NCBI GenBank assembly: GCA_964418505.1
Contig: CAYQLP010000001.1
Coordinates: 1,665-65,664 of the forward strand
DNA length: 64,000 nt
Source: an uncultured Geobacteraceae bacterium
Lineage (GTDB): Bacteria > Desulfobacterota > Desulfuromonadia > Desulfuromonadales > BM103
Direction of reading: 5' to 3'
Shown here: positions 28,851-37,542 of the stretch, piece by piece
Layout: the number at the start of each line of letters is the position of its first letter
How positions within the stretch are numbered: the first letter of the stretch is position 1
Notes under the pieces: model-generated
The model's database searches: none
The model's input: the letters and a program-made list of their open reading frames with translations, nothing else
What the model was told of the DNA's origin: nothing
Program-made: the position numbers and the translations under genes

Positions 28851-30935
28851 TTATCGCTCGGGAAGGCCGAGGCGCCGACCGCGCAGGTTGAGGAGACCGC
28901 TCTGCACATAGGCCAGCAGGCGCTGGTCCATTGCCTTGACGAGTCCCGGCTCGCTGGAGGTCTCTTCCCGGTCGGGGCCCTCCCCGGCCAGATCGTAACG
29001 GAAGAGCCGCGGATGGCTTTTCGGGTCGCGCATCAGCAGCCGATCCCCCTCGATCAGCGCCACCACCTCTTCACTCCCCGAGGGTTTGATCACCGCGAAG
29101 CCCTGATCCTTGAGGGTGGGGGCAAAGAGATTGCGCCCCCACGCCTGGGTCGGCGAGTCGTCGCCGAGCAGGCCCATGATGCTCGGGCCGATGTCGACCT
29201 GGCTGGCCACCGTGTCGCGGCGCTGCGGGGCCAGGTGGCCGGGGGCGTAAAAGAGCAGCGGCACGTTGAAGCGGGCCAAGGCCATAGGGGTGACGTTGGG
29301 CGGCACGGCGAAACCGTGATCGCCGGTGATCACGAAAAGAGTGTCGTTGAAGTACGCCTCCTTGCTGGCGGCGCGGAAGAACTCCCCCAGCGCCCAGTCG
29401 GCGTAGCGCATGCCGTTGAAGCGCCCTTCGAGGTGATCGCCGGTGACGATGCGCGGGAAGGGGAGCGGGTCCGGCAGGTTGAACGGAGAGTGGTTGGAGA
29501 GTGTCAGGATCGCCCCGAAGAAGGGCTTGCCGCCGGACATGGCCCGGAATTCCTGGTTGGCGCGCTGGTAGACATCCTGGTCCGAGACTCCCCAGACCGG
29601 ATCGCGGAAGACCGGGTTCGGATAGTCCGTGGTGCCGATGAAACGGTCAATCCCATGGTTGCGGAAGAAGCCCTCCTTGTTGTCCCAGGAGAAAAGCCCG
29701 TTGTAGAGGAAGACCGACTGATAGCCGCGCCGCTCGACGAGGGTGGGGAGCCCGGAGAACTCCTGGCTGGCCTCCATCATCTTCATCAGGAATTCGTAGC
29801 CCGGAAGGTTGGGGAAGGAGGTCAGGGTGGCGTAGACCCCCTGGTGGGTATGGGTGCCGTTGGCGAAGGCCCGGGTGAAAAGGACGCCGTCGGCGGCCAG
29901 GCGATCGAACTCCGGAGTCAGGCCGTGGCGATCGCCGAGGGCCCCGCAATAACGTCCGGCAAAGCTTTCCATCATAATGACAACGACATTCTTCGGCCGC
30001 CACGCGCCCGGCGGCGCAGTCGCGGGACGCCGCAGCAGCGGGTGCTCCGCGTCGGCCAGCGGCGTGTCTCCGTCGAGATGGAGCATGGCGTTGGTCGTCG
30101 CTAGAGCGGTCTCGCGAGGCTGGCGTGAACTCCAGAAGGAGTCCTTGCTGTAGATGGCATCCCAGCCGCTGCGCCCGAGAGTGAACAGTCCGTTGAGGGC
30201 CAGGTGATTGGCAAACGTGCTTTCGCTGAAAAAGGCATTCCCCCAGCGCAGCGGTTCGCCGGTCACCCCGCCGCGTGAGGCGCAGACCAGCACGGCCACC
30301 ACGGTCAGGGCCGCGGCGCCGCGAATCGGCAGTGAGGTGCGCCCGAATCTCTCGGCGCGCCCTGCCCGTCGCTGGCAGCGCCGCCACCACCAGCCTTCGG
30401 CAAGGAGGAAGAGCACACAGAGCAGCGCCCAGCCAAGGAGGTAGCGCACCACCGGATAGCCGTCCCAGATCATGCCGCTGACGATCCCGGCATGTTTCAG
30501 ATACTCGAAGACCAGGTTGTTGTAGCGCACCGAGAATTCCCGGTAGAACTCGGCTTCGGCGACGCCGAGGAGCAGGACGGCGGTGAAGAACGCCAGAAAG
30601 GCGCGGCGCGCCCACTGTCGCCCCCCTGCCGGCAGCAGCACCAGGGCCAGGAAGAGCAGGATCATCAGGTAGGCGGTGACGGACAGGTCGAAGCGCAGGC
30701 CGACCAGGAAGCTTTTCGCCAGCACTCCGGCCGCGGTATCGCTGCCGAAATCGGCGTTGCGCCACCACAGCAGCAGGCGCAGGGCGGCAAAGGCCGCCAC
30801 GCACAGCCCGTAGAGGCCAAGCAGGTAGCGGGCCGGTCCATGCAGCAACTCCCGGCCCAGGCTGGAGAAGGCCGACTTGAGGGAAGAGGTCGAGTTCATC
30901 ATGGCTTCAGTGTCGTCCCCTTGGGGAAATGTCAT
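28851..30935 (-). CDS. LTA synthase/phosphoglycerol transferase-family sulfatase-domain membrane protein
   Basis: 694 aa with an N-terminal 5-TM region and an extracytoplasmic sulfatase/alkaline-phosphatase-like domain. The start could instead be the MMNSTS Met at 30902. Confidence 0.75.
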   Translation of the reverse strand: MTFPQGDDTEAMMNSTSSLKSAFSSLGRELLHGPARYLLGLYGLCVAAFAALRLLLWWRNADFGSDTAAGVLAKSFLVGLRFDLSVTAYLMILLFLALVLLPAGGRQWARRAFLAFFTAVLLLGVAEAEFYREFSVRYNNLVFEYLKHAGIVSGMIWDGYPVVRYLLGWALLCVLFLLAEGWWWRRCQRRAGRAERFGRTSLPIRGAAALTVVAVLVCASRGGVTGEPLRWGNAFFSESTFANHLALNGLFTLGRSGWDAIYSKDSFWSSRQPRETALATTNAMLHLDGDTPLADAEHPLLRRPATAPPGAWRPKNVVVIMMESFAGRYCGALGDRHGLTPEFDRLAADGVLFTRAFANGTHTHQGVYATLTSFPNLPGYEFLMKMMEASQEFSGLPTLVERRGYQSVFLYNGLFSWDNKEGFFRNHGIDRFIGTTDYPNPVFRDPVWGVSDQDVYQRANQEFRAMSGGKPFFGAILTLSNHSPFNLPDPLPFPRIVTGDHLEGRFNGMRYADWALGEFFRAASKEAYFNDTLFVITGDHGFAVPPNVTPMALARFNVPLLFYAPGHLAPQRRDTVASQVDIGPSIMGLLGDDSPTQAWGRNLFAPTLKDQGFAVIKPSGSEEVVALIEGDRLLMRDPKSHPRLFRYDLAGEGPDREETSSEPGLVKAMDQRLLAYVQSGLLNLRGRRLGLPER

Positions 30936-31089
30936 GCATCATCTGCTCTGATAGCACTAGGCGAGGCCGGACACAATACCTAACCATGCAGAAAAGTGTC
31001 ACATTTCACCGCCATGCCAGTGCGCTTAAGCACACTCGTCGCCGCCGGCGACCGGGGCGCCCCCCCTGGACCGGGCAGCACACAGAGTC

Positions 31090-31118
31090 TTGACAGGGAT
31101 CGGGGGCAGGGTTATCGT
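31090..31118 (+). promoter_or_regulatory. sigma-70 promoter for the riboswitch-TerC unit
   Basis: TTGACA (31090-31095), a 17-nt spacer, then TATCGT (31113-31118). Confidence 0.55.
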
Positions 31119-31122
31119 CGCG

Positions 31123-31260
31123 GGATAAAGGGGAGTAGTCAACGGCCGGAGAAATGGCCGGCCCGGTTTCGTCACGACGGCCTTAACGCCCGGAACCGGG
31201 GCAGACACCTGCCGACAAGACCTTTATCCAGGCGTTCTGCCCTTGGATAGAGGTCTTTTT
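31123..31260 (+). promoter_or_regulatory. yybP-ykoY (Mn2+) riboswitch with intrinsic-terminator expression platform
   Basis: GGAUAAAGGGGAGUAG at the 5' side and GCCGACAAGACCUUUAUCC at the 3' side match the conserved cores. AAGACCTTTATCCA (31217-31230) can instead pair with TGGATAGAGGTCTT (31244-31257), followed by a T-run (31256-31260). The element sits directly upstream of a TerC-family gene. Confidence 0.85.
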
Positions 31261-31295
31261 CGTTCGCCGCGCCCTGGGCGCGAGGAGGCAAACCA

Positions 31296-32300
31296 ATGGC
31301 AACCTTGTGGATGTGGCTGGGCTTCACCCTCTTCGTGCTGGTCCTGCTGGCCCTCGACCTCGGGGTCCTGCACCGGGGCAAGGAGCACGTGGTCGGCGTG
31401 CGCGAAGCGCTGCTGCTCAGCTTCGGCTACTTCATTCTCGCCCTGATCTTCGGCGCCGGCGTCTACCATTTCCTCGGCGCGCAGGCCGGTTACGAGTTCT
31501 TCACCGGCTACCTGATCGAAAAGAGCCTGAGCGTCGACAATATCTTCGTCTTCGTCCTGATCTTCAGCTTCTTCGGCGTCCCCCGCCAGTACCAGCACCG
31601 GGTGCTCTTCTGGGGGGTGCTCGGCGCCCTGGTCATGCGCGCCGCGCTGATCCTGGTCGGCGCCGCGGTCATCCAGGCCTTCCACTGGGTCATCTATATC
31701 TTCGGCGCCTTCCTGATTTTCACCGGCATCAAGATGCTGATCTCGGTCAGCGAGACTCCGGACCTGGAAGAGAACCGCCTGATCCGCTTCATCCATCGCC
31801 GCTTCCGGGTGATCCGGGAGTACCAGGGGAACAGCTTCATCGTCCGCAAAGGCGGCCTGCTCTACCTGACCCCGCTGATGGTGGTGCTGATCCTGGTCGA
31901 AATCACCGACGTGATCTTCGCCCTCGATTCGATCCCGGCGATCTTCGCCATTACCACCGACCCCTTCATCGTCTACACCTCCAACGTCTTCGCCATCCTC
32001 GGCCTGCGCGCCCTCTACTTCGCCCTGGTCGGCATCATCCACCGCTTCCACTACCTCAAGTACGGGCTGTCGCTGGTCCTCATCCTGATCGGCGCCAAGA
32101 TGCTGGTCAACGGCTACTTCGACGCCAAGATCATCTCCACCGAGGCGGCGCTGGGCGGCACCGCCCTGCTGATCGCCGGCTCGATGGTGGTCTCGCTGCT
32201 CAAGACCCGCCATCTCCCCGTCGAGGCCGCCGCCGCGGAAGCCCTGCACGGCTGGATCCCGGGGACCCCGGCAGAAGAGGACAAAGCAGACAAATCCTGA
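31296..32300 (+). CDS. TerC/Alx-family integral membrane protein (putative Mn2+ exporter)
   Basis: 334 aa, polytopic, with TerC hallmarks EKSLSVDNIFVF and DSIPAIFAIT. Confidence 0.85.
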   Translation: MATLWMWLGFTLFVLVLLALDLGVLHRGKEHVVGVREALLLSFGYFILALIFGAGVYHFLGAQAGYEFFTGYLIEKSLSVDNIFVFVLIFSFFGVPRQYQHRVLFWGVLGALVMRAALILVGAAVIQAFHWVIYIFGAFLIFTGIKMLISVSETPDLEENRLIRFIHRRFRVIREYQGNSFIVRKGGLLYLTPLMVVLILVEITDVIFALDSIPAIFAITTDPFIVYTSNVFAILGLRALYFALVGIIHRFHYLKYGLSLVLILIGAKMLVNGYFDAKIISTEAALGGTALLIAGSMVVSLLKTRHLPVEAAAAEALHGWIPGTPAEEDKADKS

Positions 32301-32335
32301 CGGTCTCCGTCCCGCGAGACGCAAGCACAGAACGA

Positions 32336-32366
32336 CGAAGGGCCCGGCATTGCGCCGGGCCCTTCG
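32336..32366. terminator. bidirectional hairpin between convergent TerC and OTR genes
   Basis: CGAAGGGCCCGGC-ATTGC-GCCGGGCCCTTCG, a 13-bp perfect stem. Confidence 0.55.
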
Positions 32367-32387
32367 CATGTCGACAGAAAGCGAAAG

Positions 32388-33788
32388 CTACTTCTTGCGG
32401 TTCTTGGCGAACTGCGGATTGTCCATCGGGTCGCCTTTGTAGCCGAGCCCCCTCCAATCCATCCGCCCCTGGTCGCCGTGGCAGTCGAGGCACTGCAGGG
32501 CTTCCGCCTTGGGCGCCACCATGTGGTTGATGCGCCAGTACATGATGGTCGGCGCGAAGCCGTACTCGCCGCTGTAGGGCAGCCCGCTGGCCTGCATGCC
32601 GAGCTCGGCGGACTTGTTCCAGTCGAAGTCCTTCCAATATCCGCCCTGCCCAAAGACCTTGGTGGTGATGAAGATCCTGTTCTTGACGTCGTAGAGCTGC
32701 TTGCCGGTGTGGATCTTGAAGGGATAGATTTTCGCCGCCTTGTCCTTGATGTCCCCTTTCGGATAGGTCAGGGCCGTCACCTTGGACGGGTCCATCTTGT
32801 CGCCGGCCAGGTAGGCCCCGGCCGTGCCGTTGTACCAGGCGTAGGTCGGCATCACCATCTTGCCCCAGGTGAAATCGCCCTTCTTCTTATCGTAGGTGTG
32901 CTTGCCGAGCTTGTCGACCGGCTCATGGTCGAGGGTTTTGCCGGCCGTCGACCAGTCCCAGGACATCTTGGTCGGCTGTTCCTTGGCAAAATAGGGGATA
33001 TGACAGGTCTGGCAGGCCAGCGTCGCCGCGTGCTCGTTCAGGCGTCCCTGCTTGTGCGGAGCGGCCTCGTGACAGCCCTCGCAGCCGATGTGGTCTTTGC
33101 CGCCCGGGGAGACCACCATCGCCTGCCCGCTGATCTGGTGCCTTTCGACCTTGTGGCATTCCTGGCACTGGAAATCGTTGCCGTCGGTGGCCATGTGCAC
33201 ATCGACCTTCTTCTCGGGATACTCCATGCTCGAGTCGAGGTCGCCGTGCTTGACCGCATCGCCGCCACCGCCGAAGAAGTGACAGCTGCCGCAATTGAAG
33301 CGGCTCGGCTTGCCGACGCTGCGGGCTATGCGCAGCAGATCGAGGCCCTTGGCCGGATGGCCGGCGTCCGTCGCCTCTTTCTTGTAAGTCCCGGTGGTAT
33401 CGTGGCAGACCAGGCAGTCGACATTGGCCGGATTGTTGAAATCGAAATTCTTGTCGGTCCAGCCGTAGCCGGCGTGGCAGCTGGTGCAGCGCGGCTCGTT
33501 GCTGGAGATCGACACGCAGAAGTTGTTGATGGCATTCTTCTTGCCGCGATCAACGCTCTTGCCGTCGATGGTCTGCTTCGCCGACCACGTCCAGTGCGTG
33601 GTCTTCATGAAGTCCAGGGCTTGCTCCTTATGGCACTGCAGGCACTGGGCGGTGGCCTGCGGGCCGCTCTCGATGGGGCCCTGGACATACTCGGCGTGCT
33701 TGTTGGCGGCCTGGGCGGCGGGGGCCAGCGTCACCACCAGCAGGGCGGCGGCAATCAGTCCGCCCCGGATCTTGCTTCTGCTCGTCAT
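32388..33788 (-). CDS. octaheme c-type cytochrome, tetrathionate-reductase (OTR) family
   Basis: 466 aa with a signal peptide and eight CXXCH motifs (CLQCH, CTSCH, CLVCH, CGSCH, CQECH, CEGCH, CQTCH, CLDCH). Size and spacing are typical of OTR. Confidence 0.75.
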   Translation of the reverse strand: MTSRSKIRGGLIAAALLVVTLAPAAQAANKHAEYVQGPIESGPQATAQCLQCHKEQALDFMKTTHWTWSAKQTIDGKSVDRGKKNAINNFCVSISSNEPRCTSCHAGYGWTDKNFDFNNPANVDCLVCHDTTGTYKKEATDAGHPAKGLDLLRIARSVGKPSRFNCGSCHFFGGGGDAVKHGDLDSSMEYPEKKVDVHMATDGNDFQCQECHKVERHQISGQAMVVSPGGKDHIGCEGCHEAAPHKQGRLNEHAATLACQTCHIPYFAKEQPTKMSWDWSTAGKTLDHEPVDKLGKHTYDKKKGDFTWGKMVMPTYAWYNGTAGAYLAGDKMDPSKVTALTYPKGDIKDKAAKIYPFKIHTGKQLYDVKNRIFITTKVFGQGGYWKDFDWNKSAELGMQASGLPYSGEYGFAPTIMYWRINHMVAPKAEALQCLDCHGDQGRMDWRGLGYKGDPMDNPQFAKNRKK

Positions 33789-33863
33789 TACCGATCTCCT
33801 CTTTTTGTCCTTGTGACAGGTTGTCGTCTCCCCGGCCCCGATGCAGGCGGTCTGCCGGGGAAT

Positions 33864-33898
33864 AAAGCGGGAGCGGCGTATCGCCGCTCCCGCTTTTT
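33864..33898 (-). terminator. strong hairpin between the barrel gene and the OTR gene (terminator/attenuator)
   Basis: GCGGGAGCGGCG-TA-TCGCCGCTCCCGC, flanked by AAA and TTTTT. Confidence 0.55.
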
Positions 33899-33903
33899 CA
33901 GCA

Positions 33904-35490
33904 TCAGAACTTCATGGTCATCGAAGCATAAAGATCGAGGACTTCGTCAACAGCCGGGAGGATCGAGTAGGCCTTACCGTCCTGCACGTCTTCAATCTTC
34001 TGCGGCTTGCCGACCGGGGTGCCGCTACCGGTGTATTTATAGTCATAGTAGATCGCCCCGACCTTGAGGAACATGTTCGGATTGATGTCGATGATGTAGT
34101 AGGCCTCGCCGGCCTGGCCGCGAGTGGCCAGCTTGCTGCCGACCACGTCATCCTGGGCCTGGGTGAAGGGGGTCCAGTATTTTGAGCCGTAGTTGTACTC
34201 GAGGCCGAACTTGCCGTGCGGCGCCGGGGTCTGGAAGCCCACATACACACCGTAGCCGTCGCGGTTTTCATCTTCGGCCGCGCCAACAACCTGGCCAAGT
34301 TCATTATACTGTGCATCCGAAAGCAGACCACCGAACATCCCGGCCTTTCCGTTCGGGTCGGTCTGGGTCCACCCGAAGGAGCCGAACCACTTGAGGCCGT
34401 TTTGCTCTTCGCGGGTAAAGCCGATGCCGGCCAGCGTCATGTCGCCGATGTTGGTGGTGGCCGAGTAGCGAGCAACCAGGTTCGCACCAGGGAATGCTTC
34501 CCCCCCCATTGGAGTCGGAAGAGCAAAGACACCTTTGAAGCCGTCGGTTACATCCAGGGCCTGGAAAGCCGTCAACTGGACAAAGGTCGTATCATCATTG
34601 AACAGATCGATGTTGAAACCACCCAGGTGGGTGTCATCGACACTGACTTCGTTGAACAGTTCGCCGTTGCCGTACTCCGACTCATAGCCCTGGCCGTAGC
34701 AGAAGCGGGCGGTCATGCCGGGGATGCCGGTCAGTTCCTCGAGACCGTAACCGACAGTGATGCCGTCGAAGTTGAAGTTGACCAGGTGCCCGGAGGGGGT
34801 GCCGCCGCGCAGCTCGTTTTCACGGATGTTGGAAGGCGGCCCGTAGGTCGAGGGGCGGCGGCCGACCGAGAAAAAGAGCGGGGTGCCGCCGATGTTGCTC
34901 CAGTCGAAGAAGGCGCGCTCGACGTGAACATAGTCGCCCGTAGTGTTGCCGCTGTTGGTGCCGTCCATGGTGTAACCGCTCCAGGAGTCGAACTCCTTGA
35001 CGCCGGTGGAGTCACCCCAGTTCTTGTACATGGTCAGGCGGCCGTTGAACTTGACGTTGTCCCACACCTTGGCCTTCATGTTCAGGCGCAGGCGGGTGGT
35101 GTAGAGAACATCATTGTTCAGGCTGTATTTCTGCCGGACGAAAGTCCCATCGGGGTTCATACCCATCATGGGGTTTTGCACCAACGTCACATTGTCATAA
35201 TGCACGCTGTCGGCCTTGACGCGCAGGTCGCCGCTGAACTCGATACGATCGAGAACCGAGTGTTTCTCGGCGGCGTCGACACGCTTGGTCAGCTCCTTGA
35301 TCTCGGTCTTCGGCGCCTCGGCGGCCTTCTTGTTCTCCTCGACCTTCTGCGCCAGCGTCGAGAGCTGCGCGCTCAACTGCTGGATCTGCTGCTGCAGCTG
35401 CTGGATCATCTGCTCCTCCGCCGAGGCGGCCAGGCCGCTCGCCGGCAGAGCCAGCAGGGCCATAAGCCCCAAACCAACCAACTTCTTCAT
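33904..35490 (-). CDS. outer-membrane beta-barrel protein with N-terminal coiled coil (DUF3373-like)
   Basis: 528 aa. Signal peptide, Q/L-rich coiled coil (EEQMIQQLQQQIQQLSAQLSTLAQKVEE), a long beta-rich body and a C-terminal ...YASMTMKF. Confidence 0.55.
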   Translation of the reverse strand: MKKLVGLGLMALLALPASGLAASAEEQMIQQLQQQIQQLSAQLSTLAQKVEENKKAAEAPKTEIKELTKRVDAAEKHSVLDRIEFSGDLRVKADSVHYDNVTLVQNPMMGMNPDGTFVRQKYSLNNDVLYTTRLRLNMKAKVWDNVKFNGRLTMYKNWGDSTGVKEFDSWSGYTMDGTNSGNTTGDYVHVERAFFDWSNIGGTPLFFSVGRRPSTYGPPSNIRENELRGGTPSGHLVNFNFDGITVGYGLEELTGIPGMTARFCYGQGYESEYGNGELFNEVSVDDTHLGGFNIDLFNDDTTFVQLTAFQALDVTDGFKGVFALPTPMGGEAFPGANLVARYSATTNIGDMTLAGIGFTREEQNGLKWFGSFGWTQTDPNGKAGMFGGLLSDAQYNELGQVVGAAEDENRDGYGVYVGFQTPAPHGKFGLEYNYGSKYWTPFTQAQDDVVGSKLATRGQAGEAYYIIDINPNMFLKVGAIYYDYKYTGSGTPVGKPQKIEDVQDGKAYSILPAVDEVLDLYASMTMKF

Positions 35491-35523
35491 CTACTGCCTC
35501 CTTCCCTGGAATGAAAAGTGCGG

Positions 35524-35838
35524 TTACCCGCAGGTGGCCGGCTGAGGGGAGTCAGCCGCGTGATCGTAGAGGAACTGCTGGATGTCCTTGAGGTCCTCGG
35601 GGGAGATGTTGAGCGCGGGCTGGTGCTCGAACTTCTCGAAGAGGCGGTCCCACTGCTGCATGGTCTTGCTCATCGGGGTGACCTCCCCGCCGCTGCCCCC
35701 CTGGCTGTGGCACTCCTTGCAACTCTTTTTGAAGAGGGCTTTGCCCTTGCGCGGGTTGCCCCCCTCGGCGCTCAACGCGCTAGTGGCCATGCCTGCCACC
35801 AGGACCAGGGACATTGCGATACCGACGACTTTTTTCAT
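35524..35838 (-). CDS. secreted monoheme c-type cytochrome
   Basis: Start at MKKVVGIAMSLVLVAGMATSALSA (ATG 35836-35838, GGAGG RBS). Single CKECH motif. Confidence 0.7.
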   Translation of the reverse strand: MKKVVGIAMSLVLVAGMATSALSAEGGNPRKGKALFKKSCKECHSQGGSGGEVTPMSKTMQQWDRLFEKFEHQPALNISPEDLKDIQQFLYDHAADSPQPATCG

Positions 35839-35954
35839 CTTGTTACCTCCCGTGGGTTTTGGGTGCCGGTTCAGGCACCACACTGTCGCTATCGAGAAAG
35901 ATTATTATCAAGACCTAATTATTTAATTATTTATATAAATCAATTCTTTAGGGC

Positions 35955-35980
35955 AAAAAAATCCCGCCGCACGGGCAGGA
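35955..35980 (-). terminator. candidate rho-independent terminator after the MBL-fold gene operon
   Basis: The minus strand reads TCCTGCCCGTGCGGCGGGA followed by TTTTTTT. Confidence 0.4.
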
Positions 35981-36074
35981 ATGATAGAGCTCTCATAAAA
36001 AAATTTCAATACCCTAATATAAGAAATTCTGAATAAAAATGCCTGGCGTGAGGGGCGTTCAGCCCCGAGCGGGA

Positions 36075-36938
36075 TCAAAGATTAGCGACAAGCCGGCCAT
36101 CGACCAACTCCACCACCAGGCCGGCCCGCCCGTCGATGACCCTGTCGCCGAATTCGTCCCGAAGCCTGGCGGCCGCCGCCTCCCCAGTGCAGTGGCAGGG
36201 GGCCAGCCATTCGGGCTGCCAGCTGCGCAGGGCCGCACAGGTTGCCGCCAGGCGCTCCGCCGAAGCGTTGACCAGGTGCAGGCCGCCGATCAGCGCGCGG
36301 ACGCGCTCGACTCCACTGAGCGAGCGGATCTGCTCGACGGTGTTGATCACCCCGGCGTGGCAGCAGCCGGTCAGGATGACCAGCCCATCGCCGCTGTCGA
36401 ACCACAGGGCCAGGTCGTCTTCGAGCAGATCGGAGTCTTTTCCGTGGGGATCGAGGAAGAAGGGGCCGCCGGTATCCTCGAGGGGGTGGCGGCGGGGGAT
36501 CTCACCGGTCAGACCGAGTTGCGGCGTAAGCCACACGGGCTCGGCAACCGGCCGCAGTCGGGAAGGCGAGAGGGCGCGCAGGGCCGCCGCGTTGTCAGCG
36601 GTGATCGAGATATCGCGCGGGGCCTCGCCGGCCTTGACGCTGTAACGCGCTATGCCCGCCCCCGGGTGGGCATAGACCCTGCAGTTCGGGTTCAGGGCGA
36701 GGACTTCGGCGAGGGACCCGGTGTGGTCGTAGTGACCGTGGCTGAGCACCAGGTCGTCGATTCCCGCCAGGTCCCAGCCCAGGCCGGCGGCATTGGGAAT
36801 GAGCCCTTCCCCCTTGCCGGTATCGAAGAGGATCCGCCGGCCGGGGAGTTCGAGGCCGACGGCGAAGCCGTGTTCCTCGACCAGCCCGCAGCCGCCGCGG
36901 TTATCGACCAGGATGGTCAGACGCAGCGCAGCACTCAT
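36075..36938 (-). CDS. MBL-fold metallo-hydrolase
   Basis: Start at MSAALRLTILVDN (ATG 36936-36938, ATGA overlap with the upstream gene). HGHYDH metal motif. Confidence 0.8.
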   Translation of the reverse strand: MSAALRLTILVDNRGGCGLVEEHGFAVGLELPGRRILFDTGKGEGLIPNAAGLGWDLAGIDDLVLSHGHYDHTGSLAEVLALNPNCRVYAHPGAGIARYSVKAGEAPRDISITADNAAALRALSPSRLRPVAEPVWLTPQLGLTGEIPRRHPLEDTGGPFFLDPHGKDSDLLEDDLALWFDSGDGLVILTGCCHAGVINTVEQIRSLSGVERVRALIGGLHLVNASAERLAATCAALRSWQPEWLAPCHCTGEAAAARLRDEFGDRVIDGRAGLVVELVDGRLVANL

Positions 36939-37252
36939 CCGCAGGGCTGGACCTCGGCGCCGTGCTCGGCCTGGATGACCAGCGCCTGGCTGTTGACGAT
37001 CGCATCGATGATCTTCTTGCGCCCGCTGGTCACCAGGCGCTGCACGGTGCCGCGCGACACCGCCATCTGCGTGCCGGCCTCGGCCTGGCTCAGGCCTTCG
37101 CCGTCGCACAGGCGCACCGCCTCGAGCTCATCGAGGTCGAGAATGACTTTCTCAAGATCGCGGGTGGGGATTCCGGCCGGCTTGATGATGAGGCTGCCGG
37201 GGAGATGGTGAGGACAGTTACAGTTGCGCGGTTTTTTGGGACGGGGTGACAT
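36935..37252 (-). CDS. DUF134/UPF0251-family putative DNA-binding protein
   Basis: 105 aa, MSPRPKKPR...FKP-like N-terminus and an HTH-like LSQAEAGTQMAVSRGTVQRL. Confidence 0.7.
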   Translation of the reverse strand: MSPRPKKPRNCNCPHHLPGSLIIKPAGIPTRDLEKVILDLDELEAVRLCDGEGLSQAEAGTQMAVSRGTVQRLVTSGRKKIIDAIVNSQALVIQAEHGAEVQPCG

Positions 37253-37314
37253 GGCGGACTTTCCGGGCCGTCAGCTGCAGTATTCGGGGGTGTCACGCAC
37301 CCCCGCTAGGGCCC

Positions 37315-37494
37315 TCAGCGGAATCCCGAGCCGGCCGGCGCGGCGCAGCCTGAATCGGATCTGGCCGCCGGCAGCGAAATCACCCGTTTGGCGACCTGAC
37401 CGCAGGAGGGGCAGGGCCACTCGCCGGATGACTCCTTGAGGAGCTTTTCGAACTTGTGGCCGCAGGCGCGGCACTCGAACTCGAAGATCGGCAT
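37315..37494 (-). CDS. FmdB-family zinc-ribbon protein
   Basis: Start at [16 protein letters not shown]...CPSCG, giving two CXXC pairs. Confidence 0.75.
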   Translation of the reverse strand: MPIFEFECRACGHKFEKLLKESSGEWPCPSCGQVAKRVISLPAARSDSGCAAPAGSGFR

Positions 37495-37542
37495 AGGGAA
37501 CTCCACGAGGAATATACACCTTTATGGTTTGGAATGGGACCC

